Assembly (NCBI GenBank): GCA_965224825.1
Contig: CBDDAG010000003.1
Span: 11,297 to 75,296, forward strand
Direction of reading: 5' to 3'
DNA: 64,000 bases
From: Gammaproteobacteria bacterium
GTDB lineage: Bacteria > Pseudomonadota > Gammaproteobacteria > CAJXQU01
Shown here: positions 53,566 through 63,002 of the stretch, piece by piece
Numbering within the stretch: position 1 is the stretch's first letter
Layout: every line of letters begins with the position of its first letter
Notes under the pieces: model-generated
Database searches by the model: none
The model's input: the letters and a program-made list of their open reading frames with translations, nothing else
What the model was told of the DNA's origin: nothing
Program-made: the position numbers and the translations under genes

Positions 53566-53774
53566 TGTTTTTTCCTGTTTGCATTATCCGAGGGATTTTA
53601 ACATGTGCAGAGTGTATGAGATACACGAACTGGTTTTGTGAGGCTCGCATATAATCAACTCATTATAGAAATAGTACGAGTGGTCCTTGCTTGCGAAGAT
53701 CCTATGTTACTCATGCTTAAAGATTCATAAAAACCGAATAGTTAATGAGATTAATTGACCTTCAATTTATATAC

Positions 53775-55553
53775 TTAATAAGTAAATAAAACATATATCG
53801 ACGTCATTATTGCAGCAAAAAATACAAGTGCACCAAAACTCCACAAAAAATAATTTCTAAATTTAATTAATGATTTTTTTATATCTTTTATACGTCGTTT
53901 ACGTGTTTGTAAATCTTTTTCTTCCTTAGCTTTTTCTTCCTTAGCTTTATTTATCTTTTCATCTATTCCAGCCTGACGGTTAATAGCTTCACTATAAAAC
54001 ACATCAGCCTCAGAAAACATTTTCTCTATTTTATAAAATGATTTTTCATTTACTAAAGACTCAAGCTGATTTATTTGTCGATAAAAATCTTCTGACAAAT
54101 TTTCCAACTCTTTTGAGACAACATCCCATTTATTATTTTTATTTAGTTTATCGATTTCTTTGGATTTTTCACTAAACTTATCGATTCTTCTCACAAGCCT
54201 GTCAACTTCATCTCTTTGGCTATTTTTAGCGTAAACATCAACCCTTTTGATTGAGTCCCTAAGACCTTCAATTGAGTCTTTTGCTATATTTTTTTTGATA
54301 AATTCTGCGTGCTCTCTAAACGCACCTGAAAATTCTTGAGCTTTTCCTGATGGTATCTTATTTAGGGCTTCAGCCATTTTTTTAAGATTTTTTACCTTCT
54401 CTACAGCATGGCCTCTTTCCTTGACTGAGATATTTTTCTTACTAATAGCAGGTTCTTCAACAGAACCTTCTTCTTGAGTGAGTCCTCCCTCCTCGAAATG
54501 AACCTTCATTCCAGTAAGAAGCTTTTCTTGTACACGAACCTTCTCTTCGGCTTGAGTTTTTGTTTCAGTAAGAAGCTTTTCTTGTACACGAACCTTCTCT
54601 TCGGCTTGAGTTTTTGTTTCAGTAAGAAGCTTTTCTTGTACACGAACCTTCTCTTCGGCTTGAGTTTTTGTTTCAGTAAGAAGCTTTTCTTGTACACGAA
54701 CCTTCTCTTCGGCTTGAGTTTTTGTTTCAGTAAGAAGCTTTTCTTGTACACGAACCTTCTCTTCGGCGCGGGCCTTCTCTTCGGCGCGGGCCTTCTCTTC
54801 GGCGCGGGCCTTCTCTTCGGTGCGGGCTTTCTCTTCGGTGCGGGCTTTCTCTTCGGCGCGGGCTTTCTCTTCGGCGCGGGCTTTCTCTTCGGCGCGGGCT
54901 TTCTCTTCGGCGCGGGCTTTCTCTTCGGCGCGAACTTTCTCTTCGGCGCGAACTTTCTCTTCGGCGCGAACTTTCTCTTCGGCGCGAACTTTCTCTTCGG
55001 CGCGAACTTTCTCTTCGGCGGCCAAGTTTTGTCTAGATTGTTCCTTTTCCAACAAGTGAACACCTTCTTTCAATAAGGCAGCCACATTTTTATATCCCTT
55101 TTTAACCTCATACAAAACTGGTTTATCATTTATTTTATCAGGTGTCTTTCCATTACGAATATCATGCTCATTAAACTTCTCCTGTAAAGAAATAAAATCT
55201 TTTTCCCAGGGAACGTCATAACCTGTTTCCAACACGAACACATCTGATTTCAACTGCAAAGCTTTAATAATGAAACTGAGAGTCTTTGATTGTCCTTTTT
55301 CGAGAAATTGATTCGTAAACTGTTCTGATTCAGACAAATCTTCCAGAGAACTTGAAAACAATTTCTCAGAAAGACTGTCAGCATGTCGACGATAATCTTC
55401 AACAAGAACCGATGATGTTCGATCAAAAATTTTGAATTTTTCACTCAACTGCTCCAGATCACTTGCCTCAGCATGTAGTCCGTGCACAATTGTTAAAATT
55501 GCAAGTTCTTTCTGCTCTCTATGAGCCCTTTCTTGCATAACTGATACTCTCAT
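53775..55553 (-). CDS. hypothetical coiled-coil protein with nested AEEK(V/A)R and 18-aa repeats and a single C-terminal TM anchor (family member 3)
   Basis: Maximal ORF 53775..55607 begins at a TTG without an SD. The first ATG is at 55553. The ATG at 55538 (MQERAHREQ..) fits the paralog N-termini best. C-terminal FLWSFGALVFFAAIMTSIYVLF. The last ~190 aa are homologous to the 40953..41642 product. Confidence 0.65.
   Translation of the reverse strand: MRVSVMQERAHREQKELAILTIVHGLHAEASDLEQLSEKFKIFDRTSSVLVEDYRRHADSLSEKLFSSSLEDLSESEQFTNQFLEKGQSKTLSFIIKALQLKSDVFVLETGYDVPWEKDFISLQEKFNEHDIRNGKTPDKINDKPVLYEVKKGYKNVAALLKEGVHLLEKEQSRQNLAAEEKVRAEEKVRAEEKVRAEEKVRAEEKVRAEEKARAEEKARAEEKARAEEKARAEEKARTEEKARTEEKARAEEKARAEEKARAEEKVRVQEKLLTETKTQAEEKVRVQEKLLTETKTQAEEKVRVQEKLLTETKTQAEEKVRVQEKLLTETKTQAEEKVRVQEKLLTGMKVHFEEGGLTQEEGSVEEPAISKKNISVKERGHAVEKVKNLKKMAEALNKIPSGKAQEFSGAFREHAEFIKKNIAKDSIEGLRDSIKRVDVYAKNSQRDEVDRLVRRIDKFSEKSKEIDKLNKNNKWDVVSKELENLSEDFYRQINQLESLVNEKSFYKIEKMFSEADVFYSEAINRQAGIDEKINKAKEEKAKEEKDLQTRKRRIKDIKKSLIKFRNYFLWSFGALVFFAAIMTSIYVLFTY
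54512..55025. repeat. compound tandem repeat: 54-bp unit x4 exact plus a partial fifth (54512-54755), then 18-bp unit x15 in ordered variant blocks (54756-55025)
   Basis: Read directly. 54-bp unit: cagtaagaagcttttcttgtacacgaaccttctcttcggcttgagtttttgttt. 18-bp units, left to right: cttctcttcggcgcgggc x3, cttctcttcggtgcgggc x1, tttctcttcggtgcgggc x1, tttctcttcggcgcgggc x4, tttctcttcggcgcgaac x5, then one divergent unit. Confidence 0.93.
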
Positions 55554-55697
55554 GTATTTTCTAATTTGACGTAAATGAAGTTGTAAAAGTAACTTTTTGC
55601 CATACAATTTTCAAGAAATAACTTCTCATCTTAATCAAATATTACATAAATTTATAATCATCACGATTCAAATTTATGCTAGTCAAACTTAATACGA

Positions 55698-56300
55698 TCA
55701 GAAAGTATCTCGACTTTCCAATATTTCCCTCATGGATACATACTGATCAGCGCTCAAACAACAAGTCTCAAAACAAATATCACACATAAAGCTATTGAAT
55801 GAACTATCAATGGTATTATTTTTTTCAAGCTCGCTAAGTGTAGCATTTTTATCAATTTCAATTCGTTTAATCAATATCAACTGTTCAGCTTTAAGCTCTT
55901 TAGCCAACCACGCAGAAAGACTATCAGAAGTGATCGCCCAGTTTTGTGGGATTTCTATATTATTTTCCAGCCATTTTGAAGGTAACCAAACTGGTGTTTT
56001 CTTGCTGGCTAGAATTTCATCTATTTCTTGTCTGGAACTTGCCGGGATCAAATCATAACCATGCTCTTCGGCAATTCCTATCAACATTAATCCAAACTGG
56101 TCCATCGCGTGTAACGCCATTTGATGGGCTTGTTGATCATTAAACTTCCATCGCCTTTGTGCATCACGAACCTGATCAGCAAATGGCCCTCCACCTGGTA
56201 CGATTACCACTTTTCCAGCACCTTCCTCTGAGAGGATTTTTAACCACTCTGATAATTCGGGGTAATCAAACAGACTTCCACCAGGTTTGACGACGATCAT
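55698..56300 (-). CDS. amino-acid-kinase-fold protein of the H4MPT/methylofuran gene island (MfnE-like, putative)
   Basis: MIVVKPGGSLF...VIVPGGGPFAD is an AA-kinase-type N-terminus. Last gene of the tightly coupled ATP-grasp/hydantoinase-like/pabB operon. Specific activity is inferred from context. Confidence 0.6.
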   Translation of the reverse strand: MIVVKPGGSLFDYPELSEWLKILSEEGAGKVVIVPGGGPFADQVRDAQRRWKFNDQQAHQMALHAMDQFGLMLIGIAEEHGYDLIPASSRQEIDEILASKKTPVWLPSKWLENNIEIPQNWAITSDSLSAWLAKELKAEQLILIKRIEIDKNATLSELEKNNTIDSSFNSFMCDICFETCCLSADQYVSMREILESRDTF

Positions 56301-57667
56301 TAGTCTTGTGCCGACTTCAGAACGTTTAACATCGCTTCGGCTTTATCGTAGGTTTCTTGATATTCCGATTCCATTTCGGAATCCATGACAATACCACCAC
56401 CCGCCTGAAAATAGATTTTGTCCTGATTCCAGATCATGGTTCGTATTGCGATATTGGTATCTGACTGTCCGTCGAAGCTGATGTAGCCAATTGATCCGCA
56501 GTAAACGCTGCGGCGATGTGGTTCCAGTTCTTCGATGATCTCCATTGATCGCAGTTTTGGTGCACCTGTGATCGAACCCCCAGGAAATGCACCTTTGATC
56601 AGATCGAGAATATGTTTGCCTTTTGCCAACTTTCCGGTGACGGTGCTGACCAGATGATGTACAGTCTTGTAGCTTTCGATGGCGAATAAATGTGGCACGG
56701 AAACTGAGCCGGTTGCACAGTTTTTTCCGATGTCATTGCGTAGTAGATCGACGATCATGACATTTTCTGCCTGATCTTTTTTACTGTTTCTTAGTTCTTC
56801 TGCAAGTTCCTGATCACGTTTCGGATCATCACTTCTTGGCCGTGTTCCTTTGATCGGTTTTGTTTCTACATAATCATCGCGGATCAATAAAAACCGTTCG
56901 GGTGATGAACTCAAAATAAATCCGTCATCGATTGCCATGTACGCGGCAAAAGGTGCGGGGTTCATTATTCTTAGTCGTAAGTAAGCATCCCACGGATCGC
57001 CGGAGACATCGGCTGAAAAACGTTGGGCAAGATTAACCTGATAACAATCGCCTTCGTGGATGTAATGTTTGATCCGGTCGAAAGCTTTTGCATAGGTTTC
57101 TTTGCTAAAGTTTGATGTGGTTTCGGAGTTTACTTTGAATGGATCGGTAATCTTTAGGGCGGCTGGTTTTTCAAGATTGCTGATCAATACATCCCAATTC
57201 TTGAAAGTTTTTTCATCTCTACCCTGCCCAACCAACCATGATTTTTTTTCCTGATGATCAACGATCACCGCCCAGTCGTATAAACCGATCTGCATTTCTG
57301 GCATCGTCAGATCATGTTTTGCCGTGGCAGGTAGATCTTCCAACCGCCTTCCTAGATCGTAACTAAAATACCCCAATGCGCCGCCGACAAAAGGTAATGC
57401 TGGATCGTGTTCAACATCATCTCCAAGGTAATGCTGTAAAACAGCAAACGGGTCGTCGCCAGTTTGCCACTGTTTTTCACCTTGCATACATTCAGTTATT
57501 TTTCCGCGAGTAACGATCTGCATGTATGGATCAGCCGAGATAATATCGTAGCGGCCTAATTCTATATTTGGAAAACCACTGTCGAGGAAGATAAAACCTG
57601 ATCGCTTGGCAAGATGTCCAAATGCTTCGCTGCTATCGGATGAATAAGGTAATTCAACTTTTCTCAT
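56300..57667 (-). CDS. pabB: aminodeoxychorismate synthase component I (chorismate-binding enzyme)
   Basis: 455 aa. AFPGGSITGAPK and GGGIVMDS motifs of the TrpE/PabB family. The context (pABA is a methanopterin precursor) favours PabB. Confidence 0.8.
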   Translation of the reverse strand: MRKVELPYSSDSSEAFGHLAKRSGFIFLDSGFPNIELGRYDIISADPYMQIVTRGKITECMQGEKQWQTGDDPFAVLQHYLGDDVEHDPALPFVGGALGYFSYDLGRRLEDLPATAKHDLTMPEMQIGLYDWAVIVDHQEKKSWLVGQGRDEKTFKNWDVLISNLEKPAALKITDPFKVNSETTSNFSKETYAKAFDRIKHYIHEGDCYQVNLAQRFSADVSGDPWDAYLRLRIMNPAPFAAYMAIDDGFILSSSPERFLLIRDDYVETKPIKGTRPRSDDPKRDQELAEELRNSKKDQAENVMIVDLLRNDIGKNCATGSVSVPHLFAIESYKTVHHLVSTVTGKLAKGKHILDLIKGAFPGGSITGAPKLRSMEIIEELEPHRRSVYCGSIGYISFDGQSDTNIAIRTMIWNQDKIYFQAGGGIVMDSEMESEYQETYDKAEAMLNVLKSAQD

Positions 57668-58719
57668 ATTGGTTGTATATCCTTAATCAAAGCGGCACAG
57701 GCAGTTGCGGGAGCACAAATGGACGCAGCCTGTTTCAGCATTTCATCTCCTTGCAGAAAATCAGCAAAATCGTAGTAAGGTGTATTATGCCATTCTGCCA
57801 GTCGTCTGATCAGAAATTTTCCGGCTCCGGTTCCGATGATTGGCATTTCGTCAGTGGGGTAGCGTGATCTTACCCGTGAGATGCTCTCGCTGATCTGCTG
57901 CATCTGCTGGCGTGAAATATAATGTGCTAGTTCCTGCCATGCGGCCAGTTCGGCTTCGTGTAGATCGCTTCCAGTCACGCGCGCAAGTCGTCTGGCGCAA
58001 TCGAGAAGACTCGTACCTTTGCCATCAGCAGTGGTGAATCCGGCATTTTCCGGCACATCTTCTGTCAGGCAATATATATCACCCATCGTTGAGAAATATT
58101 CTGCAGCGATCTGCTGCCATTCTCCGGCGAAAGGTAATGAAGAAACAACCGCGGTGACAGAGGTTCGATTAACCCCGGTATAAACTAGTTCGTCTTTTTG
58201 TAGACGTTCGTTATCACTGAAACCTGCGCTATCGGGTTTGCCATTAACCAATGGAATAATATCCGTAGTGGTTGACCCCATATCGATCAACAAGCCATTT
58301 GTTTTGATTTTTGTTGCAATAAATTGTGCGGTTGCGTGCCAGTTTGCCGAAGCGATTTGTGCTTCATTTCCTTCGGTTGATCCAGGTTGCAACCAACCTT
58401 TTTCACCAGCATAAATATTAATTTTCTGGCTGACGTCTTGATTAAACACTGTTGTGATCTTGCTAACCAGTTCCCGAACACCGGAAATGCGATCAGGAAA
58501 AATATCAGCCAGTTCACCCGTCATGGTTATGCCGTGACTTTTGGCATTAGTGATCAATTCAATGGGCAATGACTTGACGGCCTGTTCAAGCACTTCCAGA
58601 CCTTTCCATAACGGTGTTTCAATCTGGTCAACATAGATTACTATGCCGTCCTGATCCAGCGCAACAACTTTCAAATGTGCCCCACCTATATCCCAGCCGA
58701 TCGTGTTTTCTTTTGTCAT
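57664..58719 (-). CDS. H4MPT-linked C1-transfer pathway protein, hydantoinase/oxoprolinase (ASKHA) fold
   Basis: IGWDIGGAHLKVV N-terminal ASKHA phosphate-1 motif and DMGSTTTDIIP. Conserved partner of fae/mch islands in methylotrophs. Confidence 0.7.
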   Translation of the reverse strand: MTKENTIGWDIGGAHLKVVALDQDGIVIYVDQIETPLWKGLEVLEQAVKSLPIELITNAKSHGITMTGELADIFPDRISGVRELVSKITTVFNQDVSQKINIYAGEKGWLQPGSTEGNEAQIASANWHATAQFIATKIKTNGLLIDMGSTTTDIIPLVNGKPDSAGFSDNERLQKDELVYTGVNRTSVTAVVSSLPFAGEWQQIAAEYFSTMGDIYCLTEDVPENAGFTTADGKGTSLLDCARRLARVTGSDLHEAELAAWQELAHYISRQQMQQISESISRVRSRYPTDEMPIIGTGAGKFLIRRLAEWHNTPYYDFADFLQGDEMLKQAASICAPATACAALIKDIQPI

Positions 58720-59699
58720 TAAACGCTAACCAAAACTTCTTTAAAATTAGAATATTTTATTTCTGGCAATTTATTATCCGTAAAAATATCAAGGATCATT
58801 TTGGCAGGGTTCATTCCGATGGATTTTTTTAAAGCTACATATGAAGTGGTCAATCGAGGATTTATTTCTACAACAGTGATCTGATCATTATCGATGATCA
58901 GATCCATTCCAACGTAACCTCGTAATTCAGGCATAGCTGCACTTACTGACTCTGCTAATTGATCAAATTGATCTTTATAACTCAGTAAAGAATTCACTTT
59001 CGTTCCCGCATATCGCAATCGATTATCCTGCCATTCAATTATCTGCTCATTATAACCGATGACAACAGATTCTCCTTGATTACAGAGCATGGATAAACTT
59101 GCAGATATTCCTTTTATCATCGGTTGAACGATGGCTTTTTCACATTGAGAGAGCGCTATATCAACCTCTTGTTTTCCCGAACAAAAAAACACCTGTTCAC
59201 AACCGGCACCTTGATCGGGTTTAACGATCCAGCCTGAGTTACTTTTGGGTAAACCTGATTCTTTTGCCGTTAAAGTTTCTATTATGGGAATACTGTGATC
59301 AGCAAGATGCTTCGCCGTTGATGTTTTACCGGAAACTAGTTTGATCACGTCTGCCGGACTACCCAATAAAAGTACTTTCTCTTCCGTTACTATTCGGGAA
59401 ATTGCTTCCAGAAAACTATCCAACTCTGGCGCTATGGGAAAAACTGCATCAACATTTCGGCAAAGTGATCGAAACGATTCAAGGTAGTTATTTTTTATAA
59501 TATGAATGTTTATATCAACGGGTAGCTCTTCAGCGGAACATCGTTGATCAAGCGTAACTTCTATTTCAACATTGTTCAGTTCTAATAGATCAAAAACAAT
59601 CGCACTCATCATCATCTGGCCTTCTTTTGCCAACGATGATGCCAGCGGCTCTCCGCAGAAACCACCTCCCGTGATAAACTCTGATACAAGGATTTTCAT
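58719..59699 (-). CDS. ATP-grasp protein of the H4MPT/methylofuran island (MfnD-like tyramine-glutamate ligase, putative)
   Basis: MKILVSEFITGGGFCGEPL N-terminus and C-terminal VVEINPRLTTSY ATP-grasp motif. Confidence 0.6.
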   Translation of the reverse strand: MKILVSEFITGGGFCGEPLASSLAKEGQMMMSAIVFDLLELNNVEIEVTLDQRCSAEELPVDINIHIIKNNYLESFRSLCRNVDAVFPIAPELDSFLEAISRIVTEEKVLLLGSPADVIKLVSGKTSTAKHLADHSIPIIETLTAKESGLPKSNSGWIVKPDQGAGCEQVFFCSGKQEVDIALSQCEKAIVQPMIKGISASLSMLCNQGESVVIGYNEQIIEWQDNRLRYAGTKVNSLLSYKDQFDQLAESVSAAMPELRGYVGMDLIIDNDQITVVEINPRLTTSYVALKKSIGMNPAKMILDIFTDNKLPEIKYSNFKEVLVSV

Positions 59700-60371
59700 A
59701 TGAAAATAATACCAGTAATCGATCTAAAAAGTGGACAGGTTGTTCAGGCAATTAAAGGTGATCGCTCAAACTATAAACCGGTTCGATCAGAACTATGCTC
59801 CGGTAGTTCGCCTGCGGATATTGTAGCGGCATTATTGGCAGCCACTCATTCCGACACTTTTTATATTGCGGATCTGGATTCCATTGAAAATTCAGATAAT
59901 AACTTTCAAATTATTATTGATTTAGCCCAACAAAATGAAAATATCACCTTCTGGTTGGATGCTGGTTTCACTTCTCCCGATCAAATAATGCAATGGCAGG
60001 AAATCACTAATATCCGAGCTGTGATTGGAAGTGAATGCCACAGCGAAATTGATTCATTGCTCGGCTTACTGAAACCTGATCACATTCTGTCACTGGACTT
60101 CAGGAATGATCAGCTTTGTGGAACAACTGAAATACTAGATCAACCGGAAAACTGGCCAGATGATGTGATCATCATGTCATTGAATACAGTCGGGAGTCAT
60201 TCTGGTCCGGACTTAAACTTAATCAAAAAAATTCAATCTATTGGATTAAATTGCCAACTCTACGCAGCCGGTGGTGTGAGAGATCAATCTGATCTGGATC
60301 TTCTTACACAGATCAAAATTGAAGGCATACTGATCGCAAGCGCACTTCATACAAAAAGTATCCATTTCTAG
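59700..60371 (+). CDS. HisA/HisF-family TIM-barrel protein of the H4MPT island
   Basis: MKIIPVIDLKSGQVVQAIKG N-terminus and C-terminal AAGGVRDQSDL..GILIASALH phosphate-binding motif. AAGGA SD 7 nt upstream. Confidence 0.65.
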   Translation: MKIIPVIDLKSGQVVQAIKGDRSNYKPVRSELCSGSSPADIVAALLAATHSDTFYIADLDSIENSDNNFQIIIDLAQQNENITFWLDAGFTSPDQIMQWQEITNIRAVIGSECHSEIDSLLGLLKPDHILSLDFRNDQLCGTTEILDQPENWPDDVIIMSLNTVGSHSGPDLNLIKKIQSIGLNCQLYAAGGVRDQSDLDLLTQIKIEGILIASALHTKSIHF

Positions 60372-60376
60372 CAGGC

Positions 60377-60407
60377 AAAAAAATACCCCGACTAGCGGGG
60401 TATTTTT
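60377..60407. terminator. bidirectional rho-independent terminator between the HisA/F-like gene and fae
   Basis: aaaaaATACCCCG-actag-CGGGGTATtttt: 8-bp GC-rich stem (60383-60390 / 60396-60403) flanked by an A-run and a T-run. Confidence 0.75.
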
Positions 60408-60460
60408 ACTTATTCAATGTTGCCGATCTAAATAAACACAGATCAACTAATCAGATAAGC

Positions 60461-60970
60461 TTAAACGTGTGCAGCAAATGGATGTTCGCTGTTTTTGTTA
60501 GCTACTACATCAGCCGCTTTTGGCTCACGAGCAACTGCACGTTCGATAGACTCTTTAACTGCTTGGTAGTTATAGTCCTGGATCTTAGTGTCGTCTTCTG
60601 CTTCCCAGTGAATGAAAACACCAACAGCAATGAAGATGTCATCAGCTTCGTCAGCAGGGATAGTGCCGTTTTCAACACAATCAGTCACTGCCATTGCAAC
60701 ACCACGTTGTGCAGGGCCGAACATTTGTACAGCTTGCTTAGCGCCTTTGATTGTTACTTTGTTGAACATGATAGTGCTAGGTTTAGCTGCAAGGTTAGGT
60801 GCAACAACTGCTAGCAAAGTGCTGAAACCGTCTTTGTTGTTACAAAGAGCGTTACAGAATGCTGTTTCTGCTGCTGAACCACGTGGGCCCATAATTAAAT
60901 CGATATGTGCAACTTCGTTGCCGTCGCCTACCAATGATTCACCAACCAGTACTCGATCAATAACTGCCAT
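60461..60970 (-). CDS. fae: formaldehyde-activating enzyme
   Basis: [34 protein letters not shown]...[28 protein letters not shown]...[14 protein letters not shown] is near-collinear with Methylobacterium Fae from memory. The ATG at 60970 has an AGGAGA SD, so the track's upstream extension to 61048 is unlikely. Confidence 0.95.
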   Translation of the reverse strand: MAVIDRVLVGESLVGDGNEVAHIDLIMGPRGSAAETAFCNALCNNKDGFSTLLAVVAPNLAAKPSTIMFNKVTIKGAKQAVQMFGPAQRGVAMAVTDCVENGTIPADEADDIFIAVGVFIHWEAEDDTKIQDYNYQAVKESIERAVAREPKAADVVANKNSEHPFAAHV

Positions 60971-61135
60971 TGTTTTATCTCCTGTTTTTAAAGTTGAAGT
61001 AGAATTTGTTGTAGATGATTCTTCAACGAGTCCTCTGAATATTGACATCGCTTGTCACCACTTAAAATTATTGACGGGTTCCCCCATCTTGTTATAAAAA
61101 ACCGCGCCTAATAAAATTCACGGAATATAGTATTT

Positions 61136-62002
61136 TCACAGAAGAGCTTCCAGCGATAAAGCTATTAAACTAGCCACAGTCAAATCAGCACTGGTGCCAG
61201 GATTAATGCCCTCCCGTTTAAGCTCCCCATCATATCGCCGCAAGTCACGATTTGCAACAATGGGATTTTCGCATGCTTTGAACATGGTTTCCACTGATTC
61301 TGTCTGTTTCTGGATCTTTTCTGCTGTTTCCAGATCAAATTTACGCACAATGTGGCTGTCCGGGAACATAGTCATGAAATTCAAATAGCAGGCAACCGTT
61401 GCCCATTCGAGTCTGTTTTCGACATCTTTCCAGCGTAAAACCTGCATCCGTAGCGTGTTCACGCCATGCTCAAAAATATCTTTGTATTCGTTTGAGTATT
61501 GCCAGGCAATCCGATCACGATCCTGTGCTGCCTGCATCGCTTCCAGCAAAGTCACTGTGGCCTGATCACGAACATCATGATCATTTGCATCACCTAATCC
61601 ACCGGGGTTCGCGAGTGCGATGGCTTCAAAAGCGAGTGTTGCATCTTCGACCGTTAGATTATCCAGAACTTTATAAAGAATCTGCTGGAGGAATTCATTT
61701 TCTTTTTTTATGAAAGCTGCCTGAGCCAGAGGAGCCGCGAGCAGAATTATCCCAAGGTTCGTGTTGCACCCCACTTGCGACTTGGTTAATTGAACACTTT
61801 GCAGAATTCGTTCGCCAACGGTCAGATGAGGATTTCCCATCACCGGGCTGATCAGTTCTGCGCTGCGAATAAAATCATCCGCTTCCATTCCATGTCCTTC
61901 GGAATGAATACTGACATTGCCTGGTTTAAAAGCTTTTATTTCGGTGATGCAGCTTTTGTAAACAGCTTGCGTGATTAATTCAGATCGGTTTTTTTCGCTC
62001 AT
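61136..62002 (-). CDS. triphosphoribosyl-dephospho-CoA synthase (CitG/MdcB)-like protein of the H4MPT island
   Basis: EIKAFKPGNVSIHSEGHGM and NTNLGIILL motifs resemble the CitG family. Conserved mch/RimK-like/CitG-like/fae order. Confidence 0.72.
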   Translation of the reverse strand: MSEKNRSELITQAVYKSCITEIKAFKPGNVSIHSEGHGMEADDFIRSAELISPVMGNPHLTVGERILQSVQLTKSQVGCNTNLGIILLAAPLAQAAFIKKENEFLQQILYKVLDNLTVEDATLAFEAIALANPGGLGDANDHDVRDQATVTLLEAMQAAQDRDRIAWQYSNEYKDIFEHGVNTLRMQVLRWKDVENRLEWATVACYLNFMTMFPDSHIVRKFDLETAEKIQKQTESVETMFKACENPIVANRDLRRYDGELKREGINPGTSADLTVASLIALSLEALL

Positions 62003-62934
62003 TTCATGACTTCAATCTTGAATGATGCAGCAACTTTGGAAAGAAAATGATCAGACATTCTTTCAGCGATATTAAACTCACAAACTTTTTGTAGCCCCCA
62101 CCAGGCAGGAACACTGTTCACTTCTGTCACCAGAAAATTACCCTGCTCATCCTGCATCAGATCAACACCGGCGTAATCAATATCAACAGCTTTCACTGCG
62201 GCTTCCGCCAGATCAGCTAATTGTTGATCGAATTCCATTGCCTGACATTTTGCACCCTGAGCACGATTGGTGATCCAGTGATCGCCCGCCCGCAACATCA
62301 TAGCTTCAGCTCGTCCATTAATCACAAAAACACGCCAGTCCTGATGTTGTGCAGTATTTTTATCGACGAAACGTTGCAGATAAAAAACATCACCGTAAAG
62401 CTCCAGATCTTCTGGCAGATCTTCTGGTCTTTCGATCTTGATCAGACCAATACCCTGAGAGCCAAATAATGGTTTCATCACCAGAACATTTCCTTTCGAT
62501 GTTTGCTCCAGAATAATTGATCGGGCCTGTGATTCTGATTCGCAGATCCATGTGTCCGGTGTCGGCAGACCGTGATGATTCAATAGAAAGCTGGTCATTG
62601 TTTTATCAACCGTTCGCTCGATTGAACGGCCGTTGTTGTAGACGACCGTACCAGTGTCATAGAGAGAATGGAGAATGTTTAGTCGTAAGATAACCTGTTC
62701 CAATGTGCCGCCCGGAACGCCTCGAACAAATACACCGGCCAGTTTTTCCGGATCAAAACCCGGGATCACTATGGTTGTATTATTGACCGAGTTCTGACCA
62801 AATATTTCCAGATGACAATCCATCAGCGAAACATAATCACTCTCGAAACCGCGTTTTAAAAAAGCGGCTTTCAATTGGCGACCATGCCAACCTGGATCAT
62901 CGGTGATGATGGCTATCTGATTTGGAAGTGTCAT
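61999..62934 (-). CDS. RimK-type ATP-grasp ligase (tetrahydromethanopterin:alpha-L-glutamate ligase MptN-like)
   Basis: ..VLVMKPLFGSQGIGL..YLQRFV..DWRVFVI..GVDLM...FLVTEVNSVPAW ATP-grasp blocks. Context next to mch. Confidence 0.75.
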   Translation of the reverse strand: MTLPNQIAIITDDPGWHGRQLKAAFLKRGFESDYVSLMDCHLEIFGQNSVNNTTIVIPGFDPEKLAGVFVRGVPGGTLEQVILRLNILHSLYDTGTVVYNNGRSIERTVDKTMTSFLLNHHGLPTPDTWICESESQARSIILEQTSKGNVLVMKPLFGSQGIGLIKIERPEDLPEDLELYGDVFYLQRFVDKNTAQHQDWRVFVINGRAEAMMLRAGDHWITNRAQGAKCQAMEFDQQLADLAEAAVKAVDIDYAGVDLMQDEQGNFLVTEVNSVPAWWGLQKVCEFNIAERMSDHFLSKVAASFKIEVMK

Positions 62935-63002
62935 AAATTAATATTCAAAAAAAAGGATCTTCTGTCACTACAGAAGATCCCTGTAACTCAAGATCAAATT
63001 AA

